Assembly (NCBI GenBank): GCA_003971905.1 | Contig: RSEE01000100.1 | Location: 124,001 to 188,000, forward strand | Length of the DNA stretch: 64,000 nt | Reading direction: 5' to 3' | Origin: Moniliella sp. 'wahieum' | Taxonomy: Eukaryota | Shown here: one piece after another, positions 63,903-64,000 of the stretch | How the letters are laid out: each line of letters opens with the position of its first letter | Position numbering within the stretch: position 1 is the stretch's first letter | Position numbers and translations under genes: made by a program | The notes under the pieces: model-generated | What the model was told of the DNA's origin: nothing | What the model saw: the letters and a program-made list of their open reading frames with translations, nothing else | Database searches by the model: none

Positions 63903-64000
63903 GGGCTGGGCTCAAGGACATGGCAGGGGGGCCATAGACGGAGGGTGGGAGCTGGGCGAGGAGGTGGGTGGTGGCCAGGGCGATGGAGCACGCGACGGTT

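Overview
This is GC-rich, gene-dense fungal genomic DNA. It has spliceosomal introns (GT..AG with CTRAC branch sites) and intron-containing tRNAs. The Ras2, Sla2, DUF6534-like and divergent beta-tubulin sequences point to a basidiomycete, most likely Ustilaginomycotina. Almost every gene, including ribosomal proteins and tubulin, is broken by 1-bp indels, which looks like an unpolished long-read assembly, so many gene ends are approximate. Gene order: NHP6-like HMG box (+), ras2 copy A (+), tRNA-Leu (+), RPS27 (-) / RPL19 (+) divergent pair, divergent beta-tubulin (-), MRS2 copy A (+), tRNA-Gly (-), Ser/Pro-rich hypothetical (-), EAF7 (+), mitochondrial ALDH (-), GH63/YMR196W-like glucosidase (+), DUF6534-like membrane protein (-), a ~6.5 kb gene-free gap, PLPBP/YggS (+), SLA2 (-), V-ATPase subunit f/RNASEK (+), single-pass membrane protein (-), MRS2 copy B (+), Est1/SMG7-like (-), LETM1/MDM38 (-), ras2 copy B (+), UGO1 (+), OPT/YSL transporter (-). 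Four things stand out. (1) Intergenic DNA is peppered with many different period-7 microrepeats that share one grammar: a 6-bp palindrome starting with A and ending with T, joined to the next copy by one variable base. (2) Two intron-retaining paralog pairs (ras2 and MRS2) lie in permuted order within 57 kb and have diverged C-termini. (3) The beta-tubulin carries substitutions at three classic benzimidazole-resistance sites. (4) MRS2-B, LETM1 and UGO1 form a local mitochondrial neighbourhood.
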